NCBI GenBank assembly: GCA_018398765.1
Contig: JAHBMJ010000425.1
Span: 1 to 49,138, forward strand
Origin: Chromera velia
Lineage: Eukaryota
DNA: 49,138 nucleotides
Direction of reading: 5' to 3'
The position numbers and the translations under genes were made by a program. The notes under the pieces were generated by a model, which made no database searches, had not been told where the DNA came from, and was given only the letters and a program-made list of their open reading frames with translations. Of the stretch, positions 1 to 12,341 are shown one piece after another. The first letter of the stretch is position 1, and every line of letters begins with the position of its first letter.

Positions 1-170
1 GGGGGGGGGGGCATCTCAGTATATATCAAACATGCACACCCGTGAACGCCACCTGCAGAAATACGTGCACACAAATAGAAAGTCAGTCGAATCGCCAGAA
101 TACACATAAAAGCATGTATGCAAATACAACCTATATCTTTAATTTGCGTCAGAATGATACATGAAAGTAG

Positions 171-900
171 GAAGACCGAAATTGAGAAAGCAATCGGACG
201 GGTAGGAAGGCCGAAATCGGAAAGGCAATCAGGCGGGTAGGAAGGCCAAAATTGGAAGGCAGTCAGGCCGCCAAGAAGACCGAAACTGGAAGGCAGGCAT
301 GTGGGTAGAAAGAACGAACTCTGGGAGGCAGTCAGACATACAAGAAGGCCAAACTTGGGAAGACAGTCGGGCCAGCAGGAAAAACAAAATTGGGAAGGCC
401 ATCGGGCAAGCAGGATGACCGAAATTAGGAAGCGTTAGGAGAAAACTTGGGCAAGAAGGAAGGCCAAAATAGGGAAGGCAATCAGGCAGGCAGGAAAGCC
501 GAAATTGGGAAGGCAACTGGACAGGCAGGAAGGCCGAAATTATGAAATCAGTCAAGCAGACAGAAAGGCCGGAATTTAGAAAGCATTGAAGCAGACAGAA
601 AGACCGAAATTTGGAGGGCCGTCAGGCAGGCAAGAAGGCCGAAATGGGAAAGCAGTCAGCATGGCAGGAATGCAAAACTCTGGAAGGCGGTCAGGTAGGT
701 AAGAAGACTGAAATTGGGAAGGCAATCGGGCAGGCAGGAAGACCAAAATTGGGAGCACGGCGAAGGCTAAAATTAGGAAGGCAATAGAGTGGGCGGAAAG
801 GCCAAAATTGGGAAGGCATTTAGCCAGACAGAAAGGCTAAAAGCTAGAGGGCAGTCAAGCAGGCAAGAAGGGCGAAATTTCGGAGGCAGTCAGGCTGGTA
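171..900 (+). repeat. Degenerate ~35-bp tandem minisatellite (~20 copies), consensus about GAAGGCCGAAATTGGGAAGGCAGTCAGGCAGGCAG
   Basis: Successive units such as gaagaccgaaattgagaaagcaatcggacgggtag and gaaggccgaaatcggaaaggcaatcaggcgggtag lie directly adjacent, with no unique spacers. Confidence 0.85.
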
Positions 901-1265
901 CAAAAAAATACAGGCTCGGCACGTATGGGTACTGTTCCCTTTCATAGTCTGAAGACTGCGACCGCAACAAAGATGCAAAGACCTACCTCTAAAAGAGTTG
1001 AAGAAAGCCTGGGGCCCAGAATAAACATCTCCCAAATGAGACTAACGACCTGCAAAGAGCAGAGAAGGGGGGAAGGGGTGAGCAACACACGTAAAGGGAG
1101 ACGGCAGTTTTTTACCTTGCCGAGGGCAGACCGGTCAGTCACTTAGCAACCATAATGGCCAGGTTGCAACCACACAGGAACACTTACAGATATCATACAA
1201 AGCCTTCTGCATACACCAAGAAAGCTCATCTCTGCAAACAAGATTTTTTTAATTCCCTCGCTGGG

Positions 1266-1491
1266 AGGGGGGGGTGGACCCTCTCGCAGGGGTACGAAGC
1301 AGCCCAATTTCGTACCCCTGGTGGAGGGGGGGGGTCCGACCTACTCTGCAGGTTTGCATCCAAAATGTGTCTAAGAAACACTCCTAGACATATTTTAGAT
1401 GCAAACCTGCAGAGCAGGTCGGACCCCCCCCCTCCATCAGGGGTACGAAATTGGGCCGCTTCGTACCCCTGCGAGAGGGTCCACCCCCCCT
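1266..1491. repeat. Long near-perfect inverted repeat (foldback/MITE-like palindrome) with nested hairpins
   Basis: Arm 1266-1373 is the reverse complement of 1385-1491 with few mismatches and an ~11-nt spacer. Each arm contains a perfect 12-bp IR (caggggtacgaa-N10-ttcgtacccctg, e.g. 1287-1320). Confidence 0.9.
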
Positions 1492-3129
1492 TGTTACTGG
1501 TGGAACGACACAAAACGAACTGACCTGATTGAGCGATCCAAACCAGTCTGCCAACCCTTCTAGTTGTTGTACAACTCCTTTGCACCAAGGCAACCACTTC
1601 CACGAGCAACCAGAAGTGTTCAGCCAACACAGATACCGGAGGGGGAAAAAACTCCAGAATCTGTAACCCCTGTAAAAATGAAGTTCTGGAATAAAAAGCT
1701 GAACATGATTTTATCGTTGTCAAGCCTTCCAATACAATCCAATAGAATGCTTGACAATGAGATTTTGTGGATAGAGGCCCATTCTGTTGACCCGACTTTC
1801 TGAGTGGAGGAGAACTTTCTGAAGACCTGACTGAGAATTTTTCAGATCAGCATTTTGATGGGTCAGCGCGCAGCCGGGAAGTGCTTTTTGGCCTTGGTGG
1901 CCAGCCAGGCCCTGGCCCGCAATGTGTAGTTTGCCTTCCGGGGCCGTCATATGGTTGGCCGATCTAAAATCGGCTCCCAAAATCGGCTTTCCGTCGAATG
2001 TTACAAGTCGATCAGAGCATGACCTAGTGCCGCCTCTCTCCCATCACACAGACTTACTCTCCAGCGATGAAAGTAGGCTTTATCGAAAGCCCAGAGGATT
2101 GGCTTCTTTACTTTTTCTTAGGTTTTATATATTATGACATTCACTCTACTGGTTGCCCTGAGAGGGCAATTTCGATCTTCCATCACGAAGGGCACGGCCC
2201 GTCTCCATGCAAAAGGGCCTACGAAGTTGCCCCAGTAAAGCTTCCATTGAATCCCTTCCATGCGTCCGCTCTAACAAGCTTTAGATGAGGAGCTGGAAAG
2301 GCTTTCTGGATGAGGGGGCCAGCTTTGGGTGGCCAGAAGGTAAGCCACTTTATGAATTTTTGTATATCTGTGCTACAGGTCAGACTGAGCCTTTCTCAGA
2401 GGACTATTTGTCGGTGCTTGGGTTTCATAAAGAAGCATTACGGCTGGTAATCTCGGATGATCTGAAGTTGTGGGAGTGAGGCGCAGCTCTTGTTTGCATG
2501 AGAATTTGGAGGTAGGGCTCCTGGGTGGACTAAGACCCAGTGGCCAGTTCCGGGCCTCACCCAGAAAAAATAAGAACGCTATGATGGCCGGTCGTGGGCA
2601 AGGCCCTCTAGCTACAGGCTATGGATCGATCAGGCTTTCAGAAACTAAGCATTTACCTCTTGCACGGTCATAGTGCTCAATATTTGTTTGGTTGAACTGC
2701 TTTCTGTGGGTGTCAAATCGGCAGATCTGTTTGCAGACATTCATTCTTACCTTTCATGGGGGTTGCCCACTGTGTGCTCCCTCCTTACATCAGTGTGCAG
2801 ATTCGGCGTATTCTATTAGAAGTAAAAGTTAGCTTGTTTGTGCATTACACTGCGCATTGTCACATGCCTACAGAGTCTGCAATCACTCCCCGACATATCA
2901 ACATACTATAACTCTTTCATCTCACTCATGTCCAACAATTTCCAACATACACACCACAAACCCATTAAACCTTATCTTTAAAAGTTGTTCATACTTTCAT
3001 GCAGGTAAGAAACAATAAATAGAATCATTCTAAGTGCTTTAAAGACTTAGTTTTTTATATAAAATTTAGTGTGATATATAGAAAATTAAAAGTCACTTTC
3101 TAGTATAAAAGTTTCAATTGTCAGTACAG

Positions 3130-4150
3130 TCAGTTTGATGGAAGCGCTGCACCTAGTTCAGAGGGAAAAACTCTCAGCCGCTTTGCCAGCCGAAGGGAAT
3201 GCCCGTCTGCGATCCTGCGTAGGCACAGGCGCCTCCACTTGGCTGACAGCCATTCCATCTTCAGGTTGAACTCGTATTTCTCCAACCCTTTTCACCACAG
3301 CCATCTATCTCCGCTTCGACTTGTCCATTCCAGAGATTAGAAGAAACCCTATCTGTGCATGTAGAGCCCCGCTGGACGTGGAGAGACAGCACGCACAGAC
3401 CTGCAGGACAGGGGGAGGGATCTGGTGGCGGCATAAACAAATGAAGGACGCCTTTTGCTCCCTCCTTTAAGGCCTCCGTCACTGCTACGTGACAAAAGAG
3501 CCTACGTTCGGGCAGCTCGGACTGTCTACTGCAAGTTTGAACCCGTCTGGTTGAAGAGAAACAGATTCTGAAACGCCCTAATTTTCTCGCAGGGCTCCCG
3601 TCCGGAGACACAGTGCTTGCCGACGTCGGTGTCACCCGTCCATTTTCCATCGATGCTAACCACCTGCGCCGATTTACAAAAACAGGAGGGTCAGCAGCGA
3701 AGGGAATGGAGAAAGTGAAGAACGACAGGTATGGGAAGATCTACCACAAAATCGGTTTCTGTTTTATGCCGCTTGACAATGTTTTTGAAACTTATGGAAG
3801 ACCAGGGGAGGGAGTAGTAAGTTTTTTGAAGGAAGTGGCAAAGTTGGGAGCAGGGAGGGTGAGGGGTGGGGAGGGAGATGAAGCAGTCTAAGTAAGGTTG
3901 ATGGACCACTACTACAAGCTCTTGTCTTGCACTCTGCAGCATTTTATCGCAGCAAACCTTCTGTCCTCCATCCACAGCAGAAGGGGCACAAGGGGCCCCT
4001 TCCAGTCTGAGGGTCTGCTCGAGAGGGAAGTGGCTGCATTCTCCAGGTCTTTTGACTGGGAGGGCGCAAACTGAAGGAATTTTTTTGGCAATGCGAGAAG
4101 AAAATGAGAAAAAAGAAGAGGAATGGGTAAAAGCGTAAACAAATGAATCA
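3130..4150 (+). mobile_element. Degraded 3' fragment of a CRE-like (RLE-type) non-LTR retrotransposon
   Basis: Broken plus-strand translation gives ARLRSCVGTGASTWLTAIP, a CCHC knuckle CAC-x9-H-x3-C followed by WRH, then KRPNF..DTVLADVGVTRP and EKVKNDRY..FMPLDNVFETYGRPG..FLKEVA. This order matches restriction-like endonuclease domains. Stops and frameshifts are present. Confidence 0.75.
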
Positions 4151-4518
4151 AAAAAGTTTAGGGAATTGAGTTTAAAGAAAGAGTTTTGATGGGGTATTTA
4201 AAGTAAGAGTTTTTTGAAGGGATGGAAGACGTGTAGGATGCACTTCTGCACAATTAAGGTCTTTTTGATTAAAAGGGTAGCCTTTTTTTAATGAAAGAAG
4301 TGAAGTGTCTCGAAAGTTCTGCCCTGCATCCCTTCTGTCTTTTTTCTTTCTCTTTTGATTGTCCAACCTGTTGTGAAACCGCGATTGATCAGCTGTATCA
4401 AAGTGATCAAAGTCGCGCCTATTTTCATCGCTGGTAGTTTTAGGATGGAACAAATCGACAAACTATGTTAGATTCGCCTTTCATATATGGGGACGCGGCA
4501 TGCATGAAGAAACCCTCA

Positions 4519-4595
4519 ATCATCATGACCTAGTGGTTAGCATACAACACTAACAAGCAAGAGGTCATAGGTTCAAGCCTCGCTAGCTCCTTTTT
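4519..4595 (+). pseudogene. tRNA-derived sequence (tRNA-Val(AAC)-like pseudogene or SINE head)
   Basis: A-box-like TGACCTAGTGG (4526), CTAACA at the anticodon position, B-box GGTTCAAGCC (4570), then TTTTT. Stems pair poorly, so this is not a functional cloverleaf. Confidence 0.55.
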
Positions 4596-5437
4596 CAGAA
4601 TCAAAGAAAGAAGATGCAGGACGTTAACGTCTTACATCATACAGATATTGGCCTGTCACAATTTGATCGAAATTAGATGAAAGACTTCCAAAAGACTTGC
4701 TGAAAGACTACAATGAAATCAGAACGATCGTCAAATCGCAATAAATCTCTATGCTTTTGACACGGATCGAGTCAGTCACTGGAGATCGACCTGAACCACT
4801 CCAGCGACATCAAGCCCTGAAGACCCTTGAACCTCTGCAAGCACTCACCAGCGCCATGCAACCCCTCTAAGTAGACTTTAACACCAATAAATTGGCAGTA
4901 ATTCTAGAATTAGTTCTAAAATCACTGTAAAATAAAAACTGTAATATAACTGTATCAGTCATATACAACAGCTCAGGCTGATCTGTTGGTTGGTAATTAA
5001 GTGATCATATCAGATAATCTGATTCACATTAGGCTGCACGCATGCATGCACATTGATAATACAAATCATGCATGCACATTAATAATACAAATCGTGCGAT
5101 GATCAGTTTTTGGCAGTCTTTTCACAGACTGTTTGACAGTATAGTTGAATGAACGCCGCTGAAGGTTGACAATTCATTTGTTCCCTCCTCCCTCTGTTTT
5201 ACACTTATAAGATTCGTCATGAAACTTCAAACTCCTTCATTGACAGTACATGGCAAGCTTCCGGGCAGGGGACCGCGCGTCCTCGTTTCAGTCTGCCCGA
5301 ATGGTCCCAAGAGATGACACAGGCACACTCTGCTCCTCTGTCCATCTTTATTCACAGGAAGCACCACTCTTCAAGCAACACGCTTCCCTTCTTTGAAAGA
5401 CTTCTCACGCTCTGTCAGTTCGCGAAGAAGCACAGAC

Positions 5438-5885
5438 TCAGAATCCGCCCGCGTTGGTCAGAATGAACGTGTCGGTATCCTCATCGGGGTTGTAGATGTA
5501 CCCCTCATGCTCCAGGACGTCCAGAGTGGCCGACATGATTGATCCTGCTTGCAAAAAAGAGAGAGAGGGAACAGTGAGCAGAGAGAGATGTAGTAAAGGA
5601 AGCAGCTCGGAGTAAGATGAAGGGGGAAGAGAGAACCTCGTGCATGAAGCTGCTTGAAGGAGAGGAAGGGGAGCCGAGGGCTGAAACGAGACAGACGGCG
5701 GCCGGAAATAGACGGAGAACAACCGGAACAGGGGAAGGCAGCAGAGAGGCATGTTTGTGGCCAAGAATACAGGGAGAAGCAGAAGCCAACACACGCCCGA
5801 ACAGAAAAGCAAGCCAACAAAGACACTCTCTCTCTCTCTCTCTCTCTAACTCTTTCTCATTCACACATTCACATATTCTCTCTCT

Positions 5886-5916
<31 letters not shown>

Positions 5917-7351
5917 GCACGCACGCACGCACGCACACACACGCACGCACACGCACGCACACACACACACACAACTCTTCACACCACGTTTTCACACAGA
6001 TGCACAAGCACCACACACACCATACACGCCACAGACACACACACACATACATATACCGATAGAGAGAGGGAGAGGCAAAGGGCACAAGAGAGAGGGAGGC
6101 GCGACGGAGAAAACCACCGGATTCGAAGAAGCAGAACCGAATTGAGGAAGCAGAGGCCATCTGAGGACTGCATGAGGTCATACCACGACGAAGAGGGAAA
6201 CAAAAGGACCCCCAACTCCATGTACGCAGACGAGAACCTTTTCTTTCTGGGCCTAAAGTTTCAATGAAGGAACGATTGAGTGATGGAAACGGAAGACCGC
6301 ATTGAGAAAAGGATGGCGAAAGGACGGAAAAAGAGGGCACAGAGGCAGAACAAAACATGCGGGCAAGCAGCCAAGGATGCAGAGCCAAAGGAAGGAAAAG
6401 AATCATCGGGAACCGACCGCTAACGTGGAACTGGTTTGCCATTGCCACGACAGCCGTACGATGAAACGACTGAGTCTCAGGGGTGAATTGAGAGCACAGG
6501 TGTCTAAACAGGGGCTCTTTGAGGCGCTCTGCATCGATCTGCCCTCCCCCCTGAGCCCCAAAGTTTTGCTCTTGCTGCTGCTGCTGCTGCTGCTGCGGGC
6601 GGACTCCGTTGGCAGAGCTGGGTCTCGTGTTGGCACCATACCCTTCCCCCGTGTCGGAGACGTGTCCACTGCTTCCGGCAGAAGCTGCGAGACCCCCTCC
6701 TTGCCCCCCCTCGCCTCCCATCCGTCCGGTGAGCCTCAGATAGGTGTAGCCTACCTCTATTCCATGGAAAGGAATTTCGTGGTAGTCTTCAATCGGTCTG
6801 ATGGAGAAGGCTTGGAAGAAGGGCTCTCGGGTCCCGAACGACACCAATCGGCCGTAGACGCGCACCCACATCATGGGTCTCAGCTGCATCATTCCATCGT
6901 TTTTGAGTTGTGAGTCTGCATTGAACACACACTCCAATGACTTCGCGGAGCAGTCTCGGACGGTGACTCTGTATTTCGGCACTCCGGCTTCTTGGGTGGG
7001 GTTTGCGATATTCGTGATTTGAGCAACGAGGGTAAGCTGCCCTACTTCATGTCCCCACACCGTTCCCAACCTCCCATCGTTCTGAATGGTTTCTTGCATT
7101 GTTCCTTGCACTATTTTGCAGGTGACAGGAATCACAGATTGCTCTCTGCTACTGCCCGACCCACCGCCCCCTCCCCCACTTTCGTCCTGAGATATCTGAG
7201 ACAGAAAGCCACCACCTCCCATCCCCTGACCACCCATAGAGCCCCCGCCATCACCCCCACCGAAGTCTCCGAACCCTCCAAATCCTCCAGAACTCCCAAA
7301 ACCACCGCCGCCACCAAAGCCGCCGTCTCCATCGAAGAAACCCTCCATCAT
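5438..7351 (-). CDS. RPA2: Replication protein A 32-kDa subunit, 2 exons (7351-6418; 5547 or 5544 to 5438)
   Basis: Gly/Ser/Phe-rich N-terminus. OB-fold motifs VIPVTCK, GQLTLVAQI, WVRVYGRLVSF and AFSIRPIEDYHEIPFHGIEV match RPA32. Winged-helix tail LEHEGYIYNPDED is in exon 2. The phase-1 GTCGGT..AG intron keeps the frame. Confidence 0.88.
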
Positions 7352-7932
7352 GGTTCCTGTCCGGAGAGTGAGGCCCAAGTACGACTCGATTCGCAATGCT
7401 TCTACACAAATCAGAACGTTTGTTATTAATATCTGAATATCTGCCAGCATCAGAGGTGGCTTGAATTTAATTAATCCTGCTTCGAAGTGCTTTGGTGATC
7501 TTCGGTCACTGCTCAGACTGAAAATGTGTGATTTTCAGACTGCATGCAGTTGCGAAAAGCTGTAAAAATTTATAACTAAAAAAAGCTGTGTGGGACCGCA
7601 TCTCAAAACACCGCGTCTCCTTCACCCATGCAGCCTTAACTTTTCGAGCCTTCTGGGCTTCATGCACTGCTTCAGAGAGTCCAGCTTTCGTGACAAGCAG
7701 TGCACGCTGTGCATATGACGCGCGGTCTGATCTGGTGCAAGAGCAAGAGGCCAAACTCTCGTGAAGACGTGCGTATAACTACGCAGCAGTGGAGACAGTC
7801 CCTCAAAACGACCTCACGAAAGGAGACAGCTGAGGAGGAGACGAGACGCCTCTCCATCAGTCCTCTCCTTTCATCTCCTGGCTTTTTGTGCTGGTGCGCG
7901 TCTTTCTCCATCTTTCCATAAAGCGAGACACC

Positions 7933-9126
7933 ATGGTTCCCTTTCACGACTCGGTGCTTCTGCTTTTCTGCCTTTGTGCTCTGTCACAGTTCGGCTCGCT
8001 GACTCTCGCTTCTGCGTTCATTCTGCGCCCTCAGAAGGGCTCCTCACCCGCCCCCCCTCGCACAGCACTCCGAGACTTCTATGCGAAATGGGATGAGATT
8101 CAAACCCAGGAGAGGGCCTATATCAAATGTCCGACGAGTGGCCTCTATCAGCGGGCCCAAATCACAGGGTTCGACCGATGGTACACTCTCAGGGGAAGGG
8201 AGAAGATCGCCTGGACGCTGAACACGATGGCAGACGCAGTCAAATTCCGCAAGAAGCCCCAGCGCCCCCCCACGCATGTTGACAGGTTGAATGACGCCAT
8301 TGAGTCAACGTGGCAATACATCCCCAGGTGGGACCCCGAGATGCCCCATTTGCTCGAGATGTTCCACGCAGAGAAAGATGCAGAGCTTGCGGAGGTGGGC
8401 ATAGAGGTTCATGACGGCCCGATCGACATTTGGTCCTCTGGGAATCTGCACAGGTATGTGAAGGACCAGTATGCAAAGTTGAGGGAGAAGGAGGCAGAGG
8501 CAAACCCGTTTCTCGAGAAGGACCAAAAGAGCGGCCAGTGGTTTTTCAGGTCTCTCGAAGGTTCTTACCCCGTCAGTCCGAGAGGGTTCGACCCTTTCAT
8601 GGGCAGCGAGCCTGAGGATGATTTGATTGCAGACGAATACGACCCCCTCTATTTTGCTGAGTGGGATTTGGAGAGAATGGGTAGGGAGTATGTGGACATG
8701 TACGAGCAGGCTCATCCCATCTGGCATCGGGTGATCAACGGCTGGAGATATCAGTTGGTGATTCACCCCTACGAAGAATTCTATTGCAAGAAAGATCCAG
8801 ATGACTCAAAGGAAGACGTGCCGGTCTTCTTGCAATATGACGAAAGTGAAAAGCAGGTCGGTGATTCGCTCTTTCGATCTGTGTCCACTCTCTCCGTGTA
8901 GTTGCAGGTTTGTGAGTGAGCGCGCGCGCGCGCGTGTGTATGTGTGTATGTGTATGTGTGTGTGTGTATGTGTGTGTGTGTGTGTGTGTATGTGTGTATA
9001 TGTATGTGTGTATGTGTGCGTGTGTATGTGTGTGTGTGTGTATGTTTGTGTGTGTGTATGTGTGTGTGTGTGTGTTGTGTGTATGTGTGTGTATGTTTGT
9101 GTGTGTGTATGTGTGTGTGTGTGTGT

Positions 9127-9160
<34 letters not shown>

Positions 9161-9226
9161 TGTGTGTATGTGTGTGTGTGTTGTGTGTGTGTTGTGTGTG
9201 TGTGTGTGTGTNNNNNNNNNNNNNNN

Positions 9227-9264
<38 letters not shown>

Positions 9265-9490
9265 GTCTTGTGCATCCACCGAGACATTCTTTATGTCAGT
9301 GGGAAATTGCACGCTCTCATGCACAGACAGAGAGACGATTACACACACGTTCAAGGCCGTATAAGCCTGCACACGCTCACCCACACATCTGTAGATTTCT
9401 CTCCCTCGCTCTTTCCATCTCTCTGCCATATCTCCCTCTTCCTATCGTGCTACCCCTTACCTCAACCTCCGTTTCTCTCCTCTGTCTCTG

Positions 9491-9544
<54 letters not shown>

Positions 9545-9550
9545 TCTCTG

Positions 9551-9627
<77 letters not shown>

Positions 9628-9630
9628 CTG

Positions 9631-9666
<36 letters not shown>

Positions 9667-9672
9667 TCTCTG

Positions 9673-9732
<60 letters not shown>

Positions 9733-9966
9733 TGTGTGTGAGTGAGTCTCCCTCTCTCTCTTTCGCTCGCTCTCCCTCTCCCTCCCTTCTGCCCCCGTGT
9801 CTTGCTTTTTCTTTCGTTCTGTCTCTGCCTCTCTTTTTCTCTCGCTCTCGCTCTCTTTACACACACCTCGCCCCGCTCTGGTTCTCTCTCAATGTGCGTG
9901 TTTTCAAGAGCGCGCGCGCGCGAGAGAGAGAGACAGAAAGAAGGCGAATGGATGTACAAATGCGTG

Positions 9967-10006
<40 letters not shown>

Positions 10007-10061
10007 TGTGTGTGTGTGTGTGTGAGTGCGTGCGTGCGTGTGTGCGTGCGTGCGTGCGTGC

Positions 10062-10092
<31 letters not shown>

Positions 10093-10488
10093 CATGTTTT
10101 CATGTTCTGCCGTCGGGCACAGTGATCCCTTTGTTCGTCCCTCATGGCGCTTCTCCGTTCGTTTGTTCGTTTGTTCTGTTCGTTGATTCGTCCACTCACC
10201 CACCTCTCCTCCTGCACGCAGGTGTATTCTGATTTTTGTAATCGGCGATCGAAGTACAATTTGGGGTATGGTCGGGATCCTTTTTCGGGTGGGCAGATGG
10301 AGCGTCGTATCCGTACAGAGGGAGAGGGGTGGAGTGACGATCTTCTGGAGGAGAGACAGGACGACAAAGACCGAATATGGAAAAAGGCATGGGCAGACAT
10401 TGAAGAGAAAACTCCAATGGAACCACTCACGTACCTGGATGGCAACCGCATGGCCACACCTGAACAAAATAACGAAATGTTTGGATGA
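7933..10488 (+). CDS. Hypothetical protein (~396 aa) with signal peptide plus ASAF motif, probably plastid-targeted; exons 7933-8856, 10222-10488
   Basis: N-terminus MVPFHDSVLLLFCLCALSQFGSLTLASA-FILRPQKGSSPAPPRTALR is hydrophobic, then ASA/F, then a basic S/P-rich stretch. A phase-0 intron (CAG|GTCGGT ... GCAG|GTG) joins two coding-like ORFs. Confidence 0.75.
8918..10092. repeat. Intronic compound microsatellite (TG)n/(TC)n/(AG)n/(TGCG)n, with an assembly gap
   Basis: Directly visible; fills most of intron 8857-10221. Confidence 0.95.
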
Positions 10489-10859
10489 TCCTGTGATGCT
10501 TCAAGTGTGCGCACGCTTTTTGATCAATCGATTTGTCCTTCGAGCACGATCTTTCAATTTGAAAGCATCTTTGGGCAAGTGTCAGCATTTGCGGTGCTTC
10601 AAAGCAGTGCTTGTTGTGCGATTAAGAGAGTTTTTAAAGGACCCTTAAACGCGTTGACTTTGAAATTTTGAACTAGCAGTTTTGGTGTCAAATCTCTGAG
10701 GATCTTTCTTTGACTTTGTTCCTTCCCTGGAGGAGAATGTTTCAATGCATTCATGGAAGGTCGGTCGGCACATTGTTTCTTTCGTTTTCGTTTTTCTACC
10801 CTTTCGCATTTTTCTCGCTGCCAGGCAATTCAAGGAACCTGAAATCGCTCTCAGAGGTG

Positions 10860-11109
10860 TCGTGTGTGTGCATGTGCGTGCGTGTGCTTGCACATTCGTG
10901 TGTGTGTGTGTGTGTGCGCGCGCGCGCGACGCGTGCGTGCCTGCGTTCTGTGTGTGTGTGCGCGCTAGGTGTGTGTGTGCAAGGTGTGTGTGTGCGCGCT
11001 AGGTGTGTGTGTGCGCGCTAGGTGTGTGTGTGCGCGCTAGGTGTGTGTGTGTGCAAGGTAGGTGTGTGTGTGTGTGTGTGGGTGTGGGAGTGGGTGTGGG
11101 AGTGGGTGG

Positions 11110-11163
<54 letters not shown>

Positions 11164-11307
11164 CGTTCGTGTCTAGGTTCGTGTGTGTTTGCATGTCTGT
11201 GTGTGTTGTGGTCGCAAGGTGCGATCGTGTGTTTGTGTGTCGCTCTGTGCACATGAGAAGGAGGGAACTTAGAGAAGAGAGCTGTACGCAGTCTATCTCT
11301 CTTTTAC

Positions 11308-11344
<37 letters not shown>

Positions 11345-11355
11345 GCCTGCCTGCC
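10860..11355. repeat. Intergenic (TG)n, (GT)nGCGCGCTAG units, (TA)n and (CTGT)n microsatellites
   Basis: Directly visible. Confidence 0.9.
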
Positions 11356-11813
11356 TTTGTTCTTTCTTTCTTTTTGTCTGTTATGTTTATCAAGAAATCA
11401 AGGGAGAAGAAGAAACATATAGACTGTCTGTCTGGCTCCCTTTCTCTGATCGTGTGGGCGATTTTTTTTTTCTGCCTGTATAAGCTGTTTTTGTGAAGTA
11501 GAGAGGAAAAGAAGTAACAAGTCAGGTAGCCTGTTTGTGTACATCGAGAAAAAAAAATAAGATGAAAGATCAATTGGCTATTACACTCCGTTATTGGTCC
11601 TTCCGACTCCTTTGTTCTCGATCTTAATTTTCCGGCGCTCTTCACAAGTTGAATCACAACACACACTTTCTAAGTCGGCCTTTGCCCAAGCATATGCATC
11701 TTTAGATGCATCTTAGTATGTATACCTGATATTGGTTGTGAGTTAACTTGTGTTATCATTCAAGTATGTTTATGTGAGTATGTTCGACATTGCCTATGAC
11801 GTTGCTCGTTAAG

Positions 11814-12341
11814 TACACTATACGGTTAGGAGTAACCAAATTAGGATTGTAACTTGCCCGGCCGTTAGGCCGCGCAATAACCAGAATGATGGTTACGGTA
11901 ATCATACAGACTTACATTGATTACCGTTGTTTTGGTAACCAAAACACTGGTAATCATTCTTTAAAGTTAGATAAACTAGTGGGTAAATCTAGTATTCCTC
12001 TAGGTATTCCCGCTTGGAGTCCTCTTTTTTGGCCACACATACATGCAGAACTGTCACACATGGCTATCAATGCCTGCCATCTTCAGTCTTTCCTTCAAAC
12101 CGGAGAAACTTTGCTCCTGTTTTTAGATATCGATGGAATCATTTTATCGTGCATGTTAATTCGCGTCAAAAAACTTTTGAAACATTTTTTTTTTCGTCGA
12201 ATGCCGAGGCGCCAACTATCAATTACCATCGTAGTGGTAGGGCCCCTGGACCCCCCTAGTTACTAATTGTCGGTTACCAAATTTATGGTAAACAAGGCTA
12301 TGATCAAAACCTCCAGTAGTTACTCCTAACCATATAGTGTA
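11814..12341. mobile_element. Non-autonomous TIR element (MITE), hAT-like, 528 bp
   Basis: 23-bp TIRs tacactatacggttaggagtaac / gttactcctaaccatatagtgta (1 mismatch). Exact 8-bp TSD tcgttaag at 11806-11813 and 12342-12349. No credible ORF. Confidence 0.85.

Noticed and set aside
171..900. CRISPR-like array
   Set aside because: Units are contiguous and degenerate along their whole length, with no unique spacers or cas genes; the context is eukaryotic.
1500..2700. Coding-like fragments (ORFs 1564..1803, 2067..2288, 2285..2479)
   Set aside because: Possibly a decayed gene or TE, but no motif was recognisable, so no call is made.
5041..5092. Two 26-bp tandem units containing TGCATGCA (ApiAP2-type motif)
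   Set aside because: They lie downstream of RPA2 with no nearby gene start, and GCATGC is frequent throughout the window.
8781..11483. Many long ORFs rich in CV/HT/RE/SL dipeptides (also 5505-6267, 36892-37872, 43366-44283)
   Set aside because: They are translations of stop-free microsatellites in introns or intergenic DNA.
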